Sequence record: SRR2962707_3740
DNA length: 62,912 nucleotides
Strand: one strand, 5' to 3'
Part shown: one piece after another, positions 1 through 10,500 of the stretch
Layout of the letters: every line of letters starts with the position of its first letter
Position numbering within the stretch: position 1 is the stretch's first letter
Notes under the pieces: generated by a model
What the model saw: only the letters and a program-made list of their open reading frames with translations
Databases searched by the model: none
What the model was told of the DNA's origin: nothing
Program-made: the position numbers and the translations under genes

Positions 1-34
1 CGATCAGATGTTTGCCGGTTAGGGTATAGGTCAT
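1..34 (-). CDS. 5' end of a gene running off the window (MTYTLTGKHLI...), probably an NADP-dependent aldehyde (alpha-ketoglutaric semialdehyde-type) dehydrogenase
   Basis: ATG at 34-32 with GGAGAG RBS, 20 bp downstream of the AraD1-like gene; only 11 codons visible; LTGKHLI resembles KGSADH-type ALDH N-termini. Confidence 0.45.
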   Translation of the reverse strand, partial: MTYTLTGKHLI

Positions 35-54
35 CAAACTCTCCGTTGCCTTGG

Positions 55-1047
55 TCAGATCACGCGAACTTTAATCGGTTCTGCTGATTGAGCTGCAAGG
101 CGATTGCGTACAGGTCTCCCGAACGGCTCTGCCGTGATTTCGAATTCGTCGCCGTCTTGGATCTGAACACCATCGGCAAAACTGAGCGTCGCAGTCCCGA
201 AGAAATGCAAATGAATATCCCCCGGGCGCCTGAACAAATCATATTTGAAGTGGTGATATTCAAGATTGTCTATGGAATGTGACATGTTCTCCTCACCACT
301 GACAAACGGCTTTTCCCAAAGAATTTCACCATCGCGATAAACCCGCGAGATACCTTCAACATGCCCCGGCAACTCGCCGAGTAATAATTCAGGTCCAATC
401 GCACATGCACGCAGTTTGGAATGCGCCAAATACAGATAATTCTGACGTTCCATCACATGATCGGAAAACTCATTCCCAATCACAAACCCGACGCGCACCG
501 GTGTTCCATCCGAATCATTGATGTAAACCCCGGCAATTTCCGGTTCTTCGCTGCCATCAAGTGCAAAGGACGGGCTTGGAATATCATCGCCAGGCGCGGC
601 GATAATTGACCCGTCCCCTTTGTAGAACCATTCAGGCTGAACACCTTTTTCGCCCGACACCGGTTTACCGCCTTCAAGGCCCAATCGAAACATCTTCATC
701 GAATCAGTTTCGTCCGCAGCCTTACTTGTGGCTTGGTGCATATTCGCACGGGCTGATGCCGATCCCAAATGGGTCAACCCGGTTCCCGTCACCAGAAGAT
801 GGGCCGGGTCAGAATGATCAATCGGTGATAACAATCGACCACTTGATACAATGACGTCATAGCTTTCACGTGCCTCATCGAGACGGCATTCCGCCGCCTC
901 GATCATGGTCATTCCGCCGTCAATCGCAATTGCGGCAAGCTTGCTTACGGTTTCAACACCGGCCAACGGTGCGATATTATCCCCATCCACAACCCCGACA
1001 CGACGTTTCCCGTTTTCGGTAATAAACTGAACCAAACGCATGTTCAT
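55..1047 (-). CDS. AraD1/GguC-type fumarylacetoacetate-hydrolase-superfamily protein (putative 2-keto-3-deoxy-pentonate dehydratase)
   Basis: Motifs GTGLTHLGSA, QPEWFYKG, EEPEIAG, GNEFSDHVMERQNYLYLAHSKLR typical of AraD1/GguC; start may be 1041. Confidence 0.85.
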   Translation of the reverse strand: MNMRLVQFITENGKRRVGVVDGDNIAPLAGVETVSKLAAIAIDGGMTMIEAAECRLDEARESYDVIVSSGRLLSPIDHSDPAHLLVTGTGLTHLGSASARANMHQATSKAADETDSMKMFRLGLEGGKPVSGEKGVQPEWFYKGDGSIIAAPGDDIPSPSFALDGSEEPEIAGVYINDSDGTPVRVGFVIGNEFSDHVMERQNYLYLAHSKLRACAIGPELLLGELPGHVEGISRVYRDGEILWEKPFVSGEENMSHSIDNLEYHHFKYDLFRRPGDIHLHFFGTATLSFADGVQIQDGDEFEITAEPFGRPVRNRLAAQSAEPIKVRVI

Positions 1048-1052
1048 GGTTC

Positions 1053-2225
1053 CTATTCAATGATCTCGAATTCACCAAGAGCGTCTTCGGCAATTTCCAA
1101 ACCAAGACCCGGCAGATTGTCATCAAGATCGATGAAACCGTTTTTGGGCACAGGATCACCTTTGAAGACGTAGTAGAACAACTCATTCCCGACTTCGACG
1201 TCAAACACCGGGAAGAACTCGGAAATAGGGCAGTTCAGATTAGCCATGGTGAGATGATAGTTGTGCATCTGGCCTGCATGGGGAACGACCGGCACTTGGT
1301 ATACTTCGGCCAGCGCATTGATTTTCTGCGCGGCAGTGATACCGCCAACCCGGTTGGTATCGTACTGAATGACACTGAGCGCATTCATATCAAGCAGCGT
1401 CTTGAAACCAAAATTGGTGAATTCATGTTCACCACCAGAAATTGGTACGATGTTCATATTGTTGAGTTCTGCATAGCCTGCCAGATCATCTGCAATAACC
1501 GGCTCTTCAAGCCAACGGGGTTCGAATTCGGCCAATTTGGGCAACATGCGCTTGGTGTATTCAAGGTTCCAGCCCATGTAACATTCCAGCATCAAGTCGC
1601 GGTCAGGGCCGATAACTTCACGCACGATTTTGACAAGATCAAGGTTTTTGCGCATGCCTGCCGGACCATCTTTTGGCCCCCAGCCAAAGCGCATCTTGAC
1701 CATATCAAAGCCCTCATCGACATAGCTTTGAGCTTCTTGGGCCAAAGCATCAATCGATTGCCCGTACAGTTTGGATGCATAGACCGGAATTTGTTCCTTG
1801 GTTCGCCCACCAAGCAGTTTAAACACCGGCTTGCCAAGGGCCTTGCCCATGATGTCCCACAGCGCAATATCAATCGCCGAAATTGCCACCATGCCAACAC
1901 CTTTACGGCCCCAGGCATGGGTACGGCGATACATTTTCTGCCAAAGATATTCGTTATCAAACGGGTCTTCACCAATGACCAGTGGCGCAAGATACGTATC
2001 AATGATCTGTTTGGTGATTGTCGGGGCCAAAGCAGCATTACCGATGCCAACAATACCTTCATCGGTTTCAACTTCGCAGATCAACCATTCATGAAAACGG
2101 AACGAGCCCATGCTGTCGCCGCGCTCATAAAGCGCATCTGATGCATTAGTGCAGAAATTGGCTTGTGGCGCGACAGTTTTGCCGTTCCAGCGCAGAACCC
2201 GCGTGCGGATATTTTTGATTTTCAT
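1053..2225 (-). CDS. Enolase-superfamily (mandelate racemase-like) acid-sugar dehydratase, L-rhamnonate dehydratase-like
   Basis: [30 protein letters not shown] motifs; start moved to ATG 2225 (AAGGA RBS). Confidence 0.85.
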   Translation of the reverse strand: MKIKNIRTRVLRWNGKTVAPQANFCTNASDALYERGDSMGSFRFHEWLICEVETDEGIVGIGNAALAPTITKQIIDTYLAPLVIGEDPFDNEYLWQKMYRRTHAWGRKGVGMVAISAIDIALWDIMGKALGKPVFKLLGGRTKEQIPVYASKLYGQSIDALAQEAQSYVDEGFDMVKMRFGWGPKDGPAGMRKNLDLVKIVREVIGPDRDLMLECYMGWNLEYTKRMLPKLAEFEPRWLEEPVIADDLAGYAELNNMNIVPISGGEHEFTNFGFKTLLDMNALSVIQYDTNRVGGITAAQKINALAEVYQVPVVPHAGQMHNYHLTMANLNCPISEFFPVFDVEVGNELFYYVFKGDPVPKNGFIDLDDNLPGLGLEIAEDALGEFEIIE

Positions 2226-2395
2226 CACGATCATCCTTTTCGATGCAGTGCCCATATTCCGGGCTTTTGGACAAAGCGGTGGCGTTCACACAAGAAAGGT
2301 TCTTGCGCGGCCTCCGGGTTGATCCACTATTTTGGAAAGAGCCGGTTACTTGGCCGGGGCGCGTAGAAGCACACCCCGGCCTGTACCAAATGGCT

Positions 2396-3418
2396 TTATG
2401 CGGCCAGTCGGGCCTGTCGGCGGCTGCCGCCCATGCGTACAACAATTTCAAATGCCGCAAGAGTCGCACCGACATTGGCCTTGCCAAGACCAGAAATGTC
2501 ATAGGCTGTGCCATGGGCCGGCGTTGCAACGGGGATCGGCAAACCACCCTGAACCGTGACACCGCGATCAAAGCCTAGCAGTTTGATCGCGATCTGACCT
2601 TGGTCATGATACATCGTCACAATCGCATCAAGCTCACCTGCCTGTGCTTTCAAAAAGATGGTATCAGCAGGCCATGGACCCTCGACCGGAAGACCAAGGC
2701 TTTTGGCCTTTGCTACTGCAGGCGCGATAATGTCAATTTCTTCGCGACCAAAATTGCCACCATCCCCGGCATGCGGATTAAGGGCAGCAACACCAACACG
2801 TGGCTGATCAATACCATTGGCAACAAGCGCATCGGCAATCAGGCGAACAGCATCGACGATGCGGTCGACTGAAATGTTTTCCACTACACGTGCCAGCGCA
2901 ATATGGCTGGTCACGCGGCTGGTCCACATGCCTTCCATGGTATTGAACTCACATATCGGTCCGTCATGACCGATATGTTCTGCCATATAATGCAACTCGT
3001 CCTCATGCCCCATACCACCACGGATCATGGCTTCTTTGTTAAACGGCATAAACAGGACGCCATCGACTTTTTCATCGCGTGCCAGATCAAGGGCGACATC
3101 AAGCGTTCTCAGACTTGCCGCCCCGGATTTGGCATCAACCACACCCGGTTTGATTTGGTCCGGATCGAAGAAAGATGTTTCGATGTAAGGATAGGCGTCG
3201 GTCGGCCAGCTTGTCGGAAGGTCATTCACAGCAAGCAGATCAATATCCAGACCAGAATCCTTGCGGCCACGTTCAATCAGGCATTTGTCCCCAATCACAA
3301 CCACATCTGCCTTTTCACGTATGTCACTGCGTGACAGAAGCCGTAAAAGAAGCTCCGGGCCAATACCATTGGCATCACCGGGGATTACCGCCAAACGCGG
3401 TTTTACATTCGTTGTCAT
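2396..3418 (-). CDS. pdxA: PdxA-family dehydrogenase/decarboxylase (catabolic paralogue)
   Basis: GDANGIGPE, LNPHAGDGG.FG.EE, GPWPADT, MYHDQGQIAIK, HGTAYDI; overlaps dctM stop by 4 nt. Confidence 0.9.
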   Translation of the reverse strand: MTTNVKPRLAVIPGDANGIGPELLLRLLSRSDIREKADVVVIGDKCLIERGRKDSGLDIDLLAVNDLPTSWPTDAYPYIETSFFDPDQIKPGVVDAKSGAASLRTLDVALDLARDEKVDGVLFMPFNKEAMIRGGMGHEDELHYMAEHIGHDGPICEFNTMEGMWTSRVTSHIALARVVENISVDRIVDAVRLIADALVANGIDQPRVGVAALNPHAGDGGNFGREEIDIIAPAVAKAKSLGLPVEGPWPADTIFLKAQAGELDAIVTMYHDQGQIAIKLLGFDRGVTVQGGLPIPVATPAHGTAYDISGLGKANVGATLAAFEIVVRMGGSRRQARLAA

Positions 3419-4701
3419 CGGTAGAAGATCTCCACAAGCGTCATGGGAATAAACGGCAAGTACGTGACGGCAAGAAGCACCGCAACAAGCACGCCGATGA
3501 AAGGCACATTGACCTTGGTCGTTTCCCAGATATCTGTTTTGGCAATCGAGCAGGATGTCACCAGAACACTGGCGACAGGTGGGGTCTGCTGACCGATTGC
3601 AAGGTTAAGTGTCAGAATGATCCCAAAATGGACCGGGTCGATCCCGACCTGTTGGATCAGGGGCAGTACAATTGGTACCACCAGAATAATTGCTGCTGCC
3701 CCGTGCAGAATGCAGCCAAGCACCAGCAGCAAAACGTTAAGCAACATCAGCACAACGAACGGATCATCGGTAAAGCCCGTGATCGCCGCCGCCAACATCT
3801 GCGGCAGGCCTTCTTCCGTCAGGTAAAGACCAAGGACAGCCGATGTCGCCACCAGCAACATCACCGTTGCCGTTTGGTTGATGCCCTCGCGCAGAGCATC
3901 AAGGAACATTGAAAAATCAAGTTCACGATAGATAAAGGCACCAATCACCACGGCGGCCACCACGGCCAGACCGGCGCCTTCGGTTGCTGTCACAAGCCCC
4001 CCAAAGATACCGCCAAGAATGATGAACGGCAGCGTCAGTGCCCATGCTGCATCGACAAAGGTTTTGCGGACCCGTTTCAGATCAAACCGTTCATCGCGCG
4101 GAATGTCATACTTGACGGCGAAGTAATAACTCACACACATCAACCCGAAGGCGCCGAGAAGGCCCGGCACAACACCGGCAACAAACAACTGAACGATCGA
4201 GGTATCAGAAAGTGCGCCATAGAGGATCATTGGAATGGATGGCGGGATAATGATGGCAAGGGATGCCGAAGACGACGTAATCGCAGCAGCAAAAGTCCCT
4301 TTATATCCCTTGCGCTTCATGCCCGGGATCAAAACTGAACCGGTCGCGGCAACATCAGCCACTGCCGACCCTGATATTTCAGCAAAGAACAGCGAAACCC
4401 CGATATTGACCATCGCAAGTCCGCCACGCATGAACCCGATCAGGGCGGAGACAAACTCGATCAGACGGCGCGAAATTGATGATGTATTCATCAAGGCACC
4501 CGCCAGAATGAACAACGGAATGGCGATCAGAGGAAAACTGGTCGCACCATCAAACAGGGCAAGCGCAGCGTTATAAAATCCAGGAATACCATGCAGGGAG
4601 TACACGCCCACCAATGCCGCAGCACCGATGGAAACCGCAATCGGCACCCCCATGAAGACCAGGAAAAACATCAAAGGAAGAATGATTGAAACGGCCATCA
4701 T
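3415..4701 (-). CDS. dctM: TRAP transporter large permease
   Basis: Hydrophobic 428 aa; AIPLFILAG, SGSAVAD, IIPPS, TPPV motifs. Confidence 0.95.
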   Translation of the reverse strand: MMAVSIILPLMFFLVFMGVPIAVSIGAAALVGVYSLHGIPGFYNAALALFDGATSFPLIAIPLFILAGALMNTSSISRRLIEFVSALIGFMRGGLAMVNIGVSLFFAEISGSAVADVAATGSVLIPGMKRKGYKGTFAAAITSSSASLAIIIPPSIPMILYGALSDTSIVQLFVAGVVPGLLGAFGLMCVSYYFAVKYDIPRDERFDLKRVRKTFVDAAWALTLPFIILGGIFGGLVTATEGAGLAVVAAVVIGAFIYRELDFSMFLDALREGINQTATVMLLVATSAVLGLYLTEEGLPQMLAAAITGFTDDPFVVLMLLNVLLLVLGCILHGAAAIILVVPIVLPLIQQVGIDPVHFGIILTLNLAIGQQTPPVASVLVTSCSIAKTDIWETTKVNVPFIGVLVAVLLAVTYLPFIPMTLVEIFYR

Positions 4702-5252
4702 GCTGCCCTTTCATTGATCGGCGTACCACCTTGTGTGGCTTTGGCGATTTCGTGGTTCATATCTTCGGTTTCGACATCAAGTGCCGTCACCATGCGGTGC
4801 CATGCTTCAGGAAAGCTGAGCAATTGGCCAATCACAAACAGTGCACAGCCAATCGGAATGACAGATTGCGTAAACTGCAACCCAACCCATGGTAGGGAAA
4901 TAAGGGTTTCTCCGCCCATGATCTGAAGCACAAACCAGCCAGCCCATGCCATGGCGGCAAACATTGCAATCACAATGGCTTCGCCAATCAGGAAGACGAT
5001 CTTGCGCATGGTGAGTGGAAGGGCCAGAAGAACCCCGGAAAAACTAAGGTGGGACCGGCGTACTGCGGCCAACGCAGCGCCATAATATGTAATCCAGGCC
5101 AACATCACCGAAGCAACTTCGTCGTACCAAACCAGTGAATTGCCGCTGTAACGGAAAATCACTGCCACAATCACAATCAGCGCCAAAAGCGTGATCAATG
5201 TCATGGTGAAGACTTCAAGTGTGCGCCTGAACAGAACTGCAGCAAACTGCAT
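4698..5252 (-). CDS. dctQ: TRAP transporter small permease
   Basis: 4 TM segments, VIFRY...W.DE motif; ATG 5252 with AGGAGAG RBS. Confidence 0.9.
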   Translation of the reverse strand: MQFAAVLFRRTLEVFTMTLITLLALIVIVAVIFRYSGNSLVWYDEVASVMLAWITYYGAALAAVRRSHLSFSGVLLALPLTMRKIVFLIGEAIVIAMFAAMAWAGWFVLQIMGGETLISLPWVGLQFTQSVIPIGCALFVIGQLLSFPEAWHRMVTALDVETEDMNHEIAKATQGGTPINERAA

Positions 5253-5283
5253 CACGTTCTCTCCTATCGAAAACGAAAGTCGC

Positions 5284-5317
5284 AAAAAGCGGGGCAACCG
5301 GTGGAATGGTTGCCCCG
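5284..5317 (-). terminator. Hairpin after dctP (partial terminator or mRNA stabiliser)
   Basis: CGGGGCAACC-N8-GGTTGCCCCG followed by a U-tract on the minus strand. Confidence 0.6.
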
Positions 5318-5324
5318 ATCCGGT

Positions 5325-6323
5325 TTAATTTGCAGTTGCAAGTGCGGCGTCGACCAAGGCCTGACCACCGTCAATTTCCGATGCGAACCTGGCGTAGATT
5401 GGCTTGGAAGCTTCAACAAACGCAGCACGATCAGCGGTATTGACTTCCATACCGCCCGCCGTAAGCTCGTCAAGCAGCTGCTTGTCTGCCTTGGCACCGG
5501 CATCACGTGACCAAAGAGCCACCTCCCGCGCAGTCTTAACCAGAATGTCGCGCACTTCCGGATCAAGATCGTTATAGGCCGCCACCGACATGGTAGGATA
5601 AGACGGCGAATAAATGTGCCCCGAAAGCGTCAGATATTTCTGCACTTCGTTAAGCTTGGCTGCCTCGATATTGGTCAATGGGTTTTCTTGGCCATCGATG
5701 ACACCGGTCTGAAGACCAACAAAGACCTCAGAAAAGGCCATCGGGGTCGGGTTCGCGCCATAGCTTGAGAACATGGCGACACGCCATTCAGATTGCGGTG
5801 TGCGCAACTTGATGCCATCAAGATCGGCCGGAACATTGATCGGACGCGCATTGTTGGTGATCTGACGGAAACCGTTTTCCCAAAGAGCGAGGATTTTGTA
5901 ACCGGATTCTGCAGCCTGTGGGGCAACAGTCGGCCAGAAAACCGACTCTTCGATTTTTGCCAGTTGATCACGGTCCTTCACAAGAAACGGAAGATCAAAA
6001 AGGGCAAACTTGTCCGCAATGGTCGGCATGGTCGAGGATGGCAGAGTAATCTGGACCGTCCCAAGTTTCAGGCGCTGCATCAGCTCTTTGTCCTTACCCA
6101 ACTGGGCAGAGTCAAAAAGCTTCACGGTTGCCTTCTCGCCAAGGCGTTCATTGGCAAGACGGGTGAATTCAGCGGCAGTATTCGCCTGAAGAGACCCATG
6201 CTCGGCACTGATGGCAAATACGATCTCATCTGCTGCATTTGCAGTAGCGAGTGCGGACATGGACGCGATGCTGCCAAAAGCAACGGCAGTGATTAATTTA
6301 CGGATACGACCTGTGTGGGTCAT
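5325..6323 (-). CDS. dctP: TRAP substrate-binding protein (DctP family, acid sugar)
   Basis: Signal peptide; ENGFRQ, DLDGIKLR, PTPMAFSEVFVGLQTGVIDGQENP; ATG 6323 with GGGAGG RBS. Confidence 0.95.
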   Translation of the reverse strand: MTHTGRIRKLITAVAFGSIASMSALATANAADEIVFAISAEHGSLQANTAAEFTRLANERLGEKATVKLFDSAQLGKDKELMQRLKLGTVQITLPSSTMPTIADKFALFDLPFLVKDRDQLAKIEESVFWPTVAPQAAESGYKILALWENGFRQITNNARPINVPADLDGIKLRTPQSEWRVAMFSSYGANPTPMAFSEVFVGLQTGVIDGQENPLTNIEAAKLNEVQKYLTLSGHIYSPSYPTMSVAAYNDLDPEVRDILVKTAREVALWSRDAGAKADKQLLDELTAGGMEVNTADRAAFVEASKPIYARFASEIDGGQALVDAALATAN

Positions 6324-6395
6324 GTATTCCTCCCGTTTATAAATTTCGTTGTTCACCGGTAGCTGGGAACGCACGATCTTTGCCGCGCTTGATTT

Positions 6396-6566
6396 TGGTA
6401 TACCATATTAAAGATACCGGGAGTCAATGAAAATTCCAACTATTTCAATAATTTCAGTGTCAACCTCATTTTTTTCGCTATTTTTCATCACTTTAGACAC
6501 TATTTCCTCCAGCAAGAACCGCCTTTCAACGCGATAAAATGGTATACCATTTGTTTTGGTATACCA
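6396..6566. promoter_or_regulatory. Three FadR/GntR-type operators TGGTATACCA in the divergent promoter region
   Basis: Identical palindrome at 6396-6405, 6540-6549 (extends to AAATGGTATACCATTT, 6537-6552) and 6557-6566. Confidence 0.8.
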
Positions 6567-6636
6567 TTTTTACCTTGCCCTTCCTCCGGGACCACCGTAT
6601 TGTTCGCGTAGTAACGTTACGCAGGAAACACACGGT

Positions 6637-7398
6637 TTGAGCAATATCATACTGGACGCCAAGTCAGAATCTGAGCTCACTCTCAACGAGCTGATTACTG
6701 ATGCGCCAATCGCAACCATCTCGGAAAATAGCGACCTGCCGCTTGCGCAGCAGGCTGCCAATGTTCTTCGTGACATGATTGTTCAGGACATCATTCCACC
6801 GGGCAAACCGATCCGCGAACGCACGTTAGCCCAACAGCTTAATGTATCGCGCACACCGCTGCGCGAAGCGTTGCGCATTCTCGCCGTTGACGGCTTGGTC
6901 GAACTTCTGCCATCGCGCGGGGCGATTGCGGCTAATCCCAGCCCGGAAGATGTTAAGCATATGCTGGAATTTCTCGGCGGGATCGAAGGTCTTGCTGGCG
7001 AACTGGCCTGCAAACGCGCAACCGACGCAGAAATAGATGAAATTCGCGCATTGCATTACGAGATGCTCGCAGCCTTTGCCCGCAAAGACCGTCTCGCTTA
7101 TTTCAAGCTTAACCAACGCATACACCGCGCCCTTGTTCTGGCTTCGGGCAACCCGTTACTGATCGAAACCCACGAACGGATGAATGCACGTCTGTATCGC
7201 ATTCGGTATCGGTCAAACATGCGCAACACGAAATGGCCGACCGCCATTAGCGAGCATGAAGAAATCCTCAAGGCCATCGAAAACCGCGATGCCGTCAAAC
7301 TGAACGATCTTATGCGTAATCACCTTGGCAGCACATGGACCAAGGTAAGCGAGGATGGTCAGGTTGGCGCACATGAACATCACGATAACGACGAATAA
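6637..7398 (+). CDS. GntR-family (FCD domain) transcriptional regulator
   Basis: HTH ERTLAQQLNVSRTPLREAL plus FCD domain; start uncertain (TTG 6637 has an AGGA RBS; ORF track starts at 6556). Confidence 0.9.
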   Translation: MSNIILDAKSESELTLNELITDAPIATISENSDLPLAQQAANVLRDMIVQDIIPPGKPIRERTLAQQLNVSRTPLREALRILAVDGLVELLPSRGAIAANPSPEDVKHMLEFLGGIEGLAGELACKRATDAEIDEIRALHYEMLAAFARKDRLAYFKLNQRIHRALVLASGNPLLIETHERMNARLYRIRYRSNMRNTKWPTAISEHEEILKAIENRDAVKLNDLMRNHLGSTWTKVSEDGQVGAHEHHDNDE

Positions 7399-7429
7399 AA
7401 GAACACAAGAGACCGGCACTGCTGGAACT

Positions 7430-7461
7430 GGCTCCCGCGAAAGCGGGGGCCTTCTTTTTTT
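7430..7461 (+). terminator. Rho-independent terminator
   Basis: GGCTCCCGC-GAAA-GCGGGGGCC followed by TTCTTTTTTT. Confidence 0.8.
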
Positions 7462-7524
7462 GTCTCAGTCAGCAACGCGTACAACCCTAAACTATTACAA
7501 ACCAAACCCAAAACAATTCCCTTC

Positions 7525-10500
7525 TCAATGAAAATCGTGACTATCGATTTTCAGGTTTGGTACATCCTGTGTCTTGGAAGTATGTGGCTGGTTCAAATGA
7601 TCCAACCCGTTTGCCCATCGCAGATTGCGCGGATGCGTGTTGTTGCTGCGCGCAATTTTGGCATTGTCTGTCAGGCCTTGCAGCATCCCTGTCAGATCAA
7701 CCAGCTTGTCGGCAATGATATGGGTCACGCCATCTTCGCGCTGGAGCTTTCCCGCAACACCAAGGACTGTTGCTGTCATGATTTCGCGGCGATATTTTTC
7801 CATCACCTTGCTCCAGACCACAAGATTGGTGATGCCGGTTTCATCTTCGAGTGTGATGAAAACGACCCCGGATGCGGTGCCCGGGCGCTGCCGAACGATT
7901 GCAAGACCCGCATGGGTCAAACGTTCACCATCGCGGATACTCGACAGGTCACTTGCCCTGCAAACACCCGCTCCGCCAAGCGCATCGCGGAGCATGCTCA
8001 TCGGATGCCCTTTAAACGACAGACGCAAGCTGGCGTAATCTTCGATAATTTCCTCGCCCGGTCCCATAATCGGTAGATCCACCGGGGCTTCGGCGCCAAA
8101 TTCGGCCGAGACACCCATATTGTGGTTAAAGTTTTGGGCGGCTTCAAACAGCGGGAGTGCGCTTGGGGCCTTGCGGCCTTTGCCAAACCGGCGCACCGCC
8201 CATAAGGCTTCGCGTCGCGACAGGCCAAGCGATCCAAAGGCATCTGCTTCGGCCAGTTTTTCAAGTGCGGCAGGCGATAATCCGGTTTGACGCGCCATCA
8301 GATAGACATCCTGAAACCCGCTGGCTGGTCGATTGGAAATCAGGGAAAGCGCATCAAGTGCGCCAAACCCCTTAATCTGGCGAAAGCCCAGGCGGACGGA
8401 ATGATATCCGCTGGCGCGGCCCATTTCACGTTCAAGCTGATTGTCCCAGAAGCTGTGATTGATATCGATTTCAAGCACACGCACCCCATGATTGCGCGCA
8501 TCATTGACCAATTGTGCCGGGGCATAAAATCCCATCGGTTGAGAGTTTAAAAGTGCGCACAGGAAAACATCCGGATGATGGCATTTCAGCCAGGAGGATG
8601 CATAGGCCAGAATGGCAAAACTTGCCGCGTGGCTTTCAGGAAAGCCGTAATCGGCAAAGCCTTCGATCTGTTTAAAACAGCGTTCGGCAAAATTCATGTC
8701 ATAGCCGTTCTTCAGCATGCCATTGATGAATTTGTCGCGGTGTTCGCTAATCGTGCCGGTGCGTTTAAAGGTTGCCATGGCCCGGCGCAGATTATCGGCC
8801 TCTCCACCGGAATAACCCGCCGCGACAATGGCGATCTGCATGGCTTGTTCCTGAAATAGCGGCACACCACAGGTGCGTTCGAGAACGGCTTTGAGTTCAG
8901 GCGATGGATAATCAACCTTCTCACGCCCCATGCGCCGTTGCAAAAACGGGTGGACCATCCCGCCCTGAATCGGGCCGGGGCGGACAATGGCGACCTGTAT
9001 GGTCAGGTCATAAATACTTTGCGGTTTAAGGCGCGGCAGCATGCTCATCTGTGCGCGGGATTCGACCTGAAAGGTCCCAATGCTGTCGGCCTTGGCCAGC
9101 ATGCGATATGTCGCGGCATCTTCATGGGGCAGCGTAGCAAGATCGAAATTGATGTTCTTATGGTCGCGCAGATGATCAAGTGCCTTACGAATGCAGGTCA
9201 GCATGCCAAGGGCAAGAATATCGACCTTTAAAATACCCAGCGCATCAATATCATCCTTGTCCCATTCAATGGTGGTGCGATCCGCCATGGCCGCATTGGC
9301 AATCGGGGAAAGCTCACACAACGGTCCGCGTGTGATGACAAAACCACCAACATGCTGGGACAAATGGCGTGGAAAACCGGTCAATTCCCCCGCCAGATCA
9401 AGCACGGCTTTCAGGCGCGGTTCGTCGGGATGAATGCCAGATTGACGCATCATTTCGTCATGCGCACCTTTGCTGCTCGACCCCCAGATGGTTTTGGTCA
9501 GTTTGACAATGGTGTCCTCAGACAGACAAAACACCTTGCCGACATCCCGAATGGCACTGCGCGACCGGTATGAAATGACCGTGGCGGTCAGGCCGGCACG
9601 TTCCCGGCCATAACGTTGATAGATGAACTGAATGACCTCTTCGCGGCGTTCATGTTCAAAATCAACATCAATATCGGGCGGTTCACTTCGCGCATTGCTG
9701 ATGAACCGTGAAAACAGCAGTTGGACCTTGTCCGGGTCAACCGATGTGACATGCAGGCAAAAACACACCGATGAATTGGCCGCAGACCCTCGGCCCTGAC
9801 ATAAAATCCCCCTGGATCTGGCAAAGGCGACAATGTCATGCACGGTCAGGAAATAGGGGGCATAGCCCAATTCGTCGATCAGTTTCAGCTCGGCCTCAAT
9901 CAGGTTCCTGACCTTGTTGGGCACCCCGTCGGGATATCGTTTCTGCGCCCCTTTCCATGTCAGGCGGATCAGGCGTTCCTGTGTGCCTTCGCCCGATCCG
10001 TCATTTTCATCAGGATATTCATAGCGAAGTTCGCTGAGGCTAAACGTGCATTGATCGGCAATTTCGACAGTGCGGGCCAGCCAGTGCGGATGATCGGGAA
10101 ACAGACGGGCCATTTCGCGCGGCGATTTGATATGGCGTTCGCCATTGGGAAACAGACGATATCCCGCCTCTTCAATGGTGCAGTGATGCCGAATGCAGGT
10201 CAGGACATCCTGCAATGGTTTGCGCGATCGCTGATGCATATGGACATCATTGGTGACCACGGCCGGGATACCAAGATCGGCCTCGATGCTTTCGGTGAAG
10301 GCAAGGCGTTCGCTATCAAATCCATCCATGAACCGCCCGACAGACAACCACAACCGAGGACCAAAATGTGCTTTAAGCGCAATCAGCTCAGCGCGAAAAT
10401 CATCATCGGGCACCTGTGGTGGAACGGCGATGAATAACAGATCCTGGCTGTGCTCGATAATGTCCGAGATATAAATCTCGCACGATCCCTTAGGCGCCCG

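Noticed and set aside
1254-2141. Long antisense ORFs (for example 1254-2141, 10877-11761, 18706-19515, 44903-45757)
   Set aside because: Shadow frames of well-supported genes on the other strand, with no recognisable motifs.
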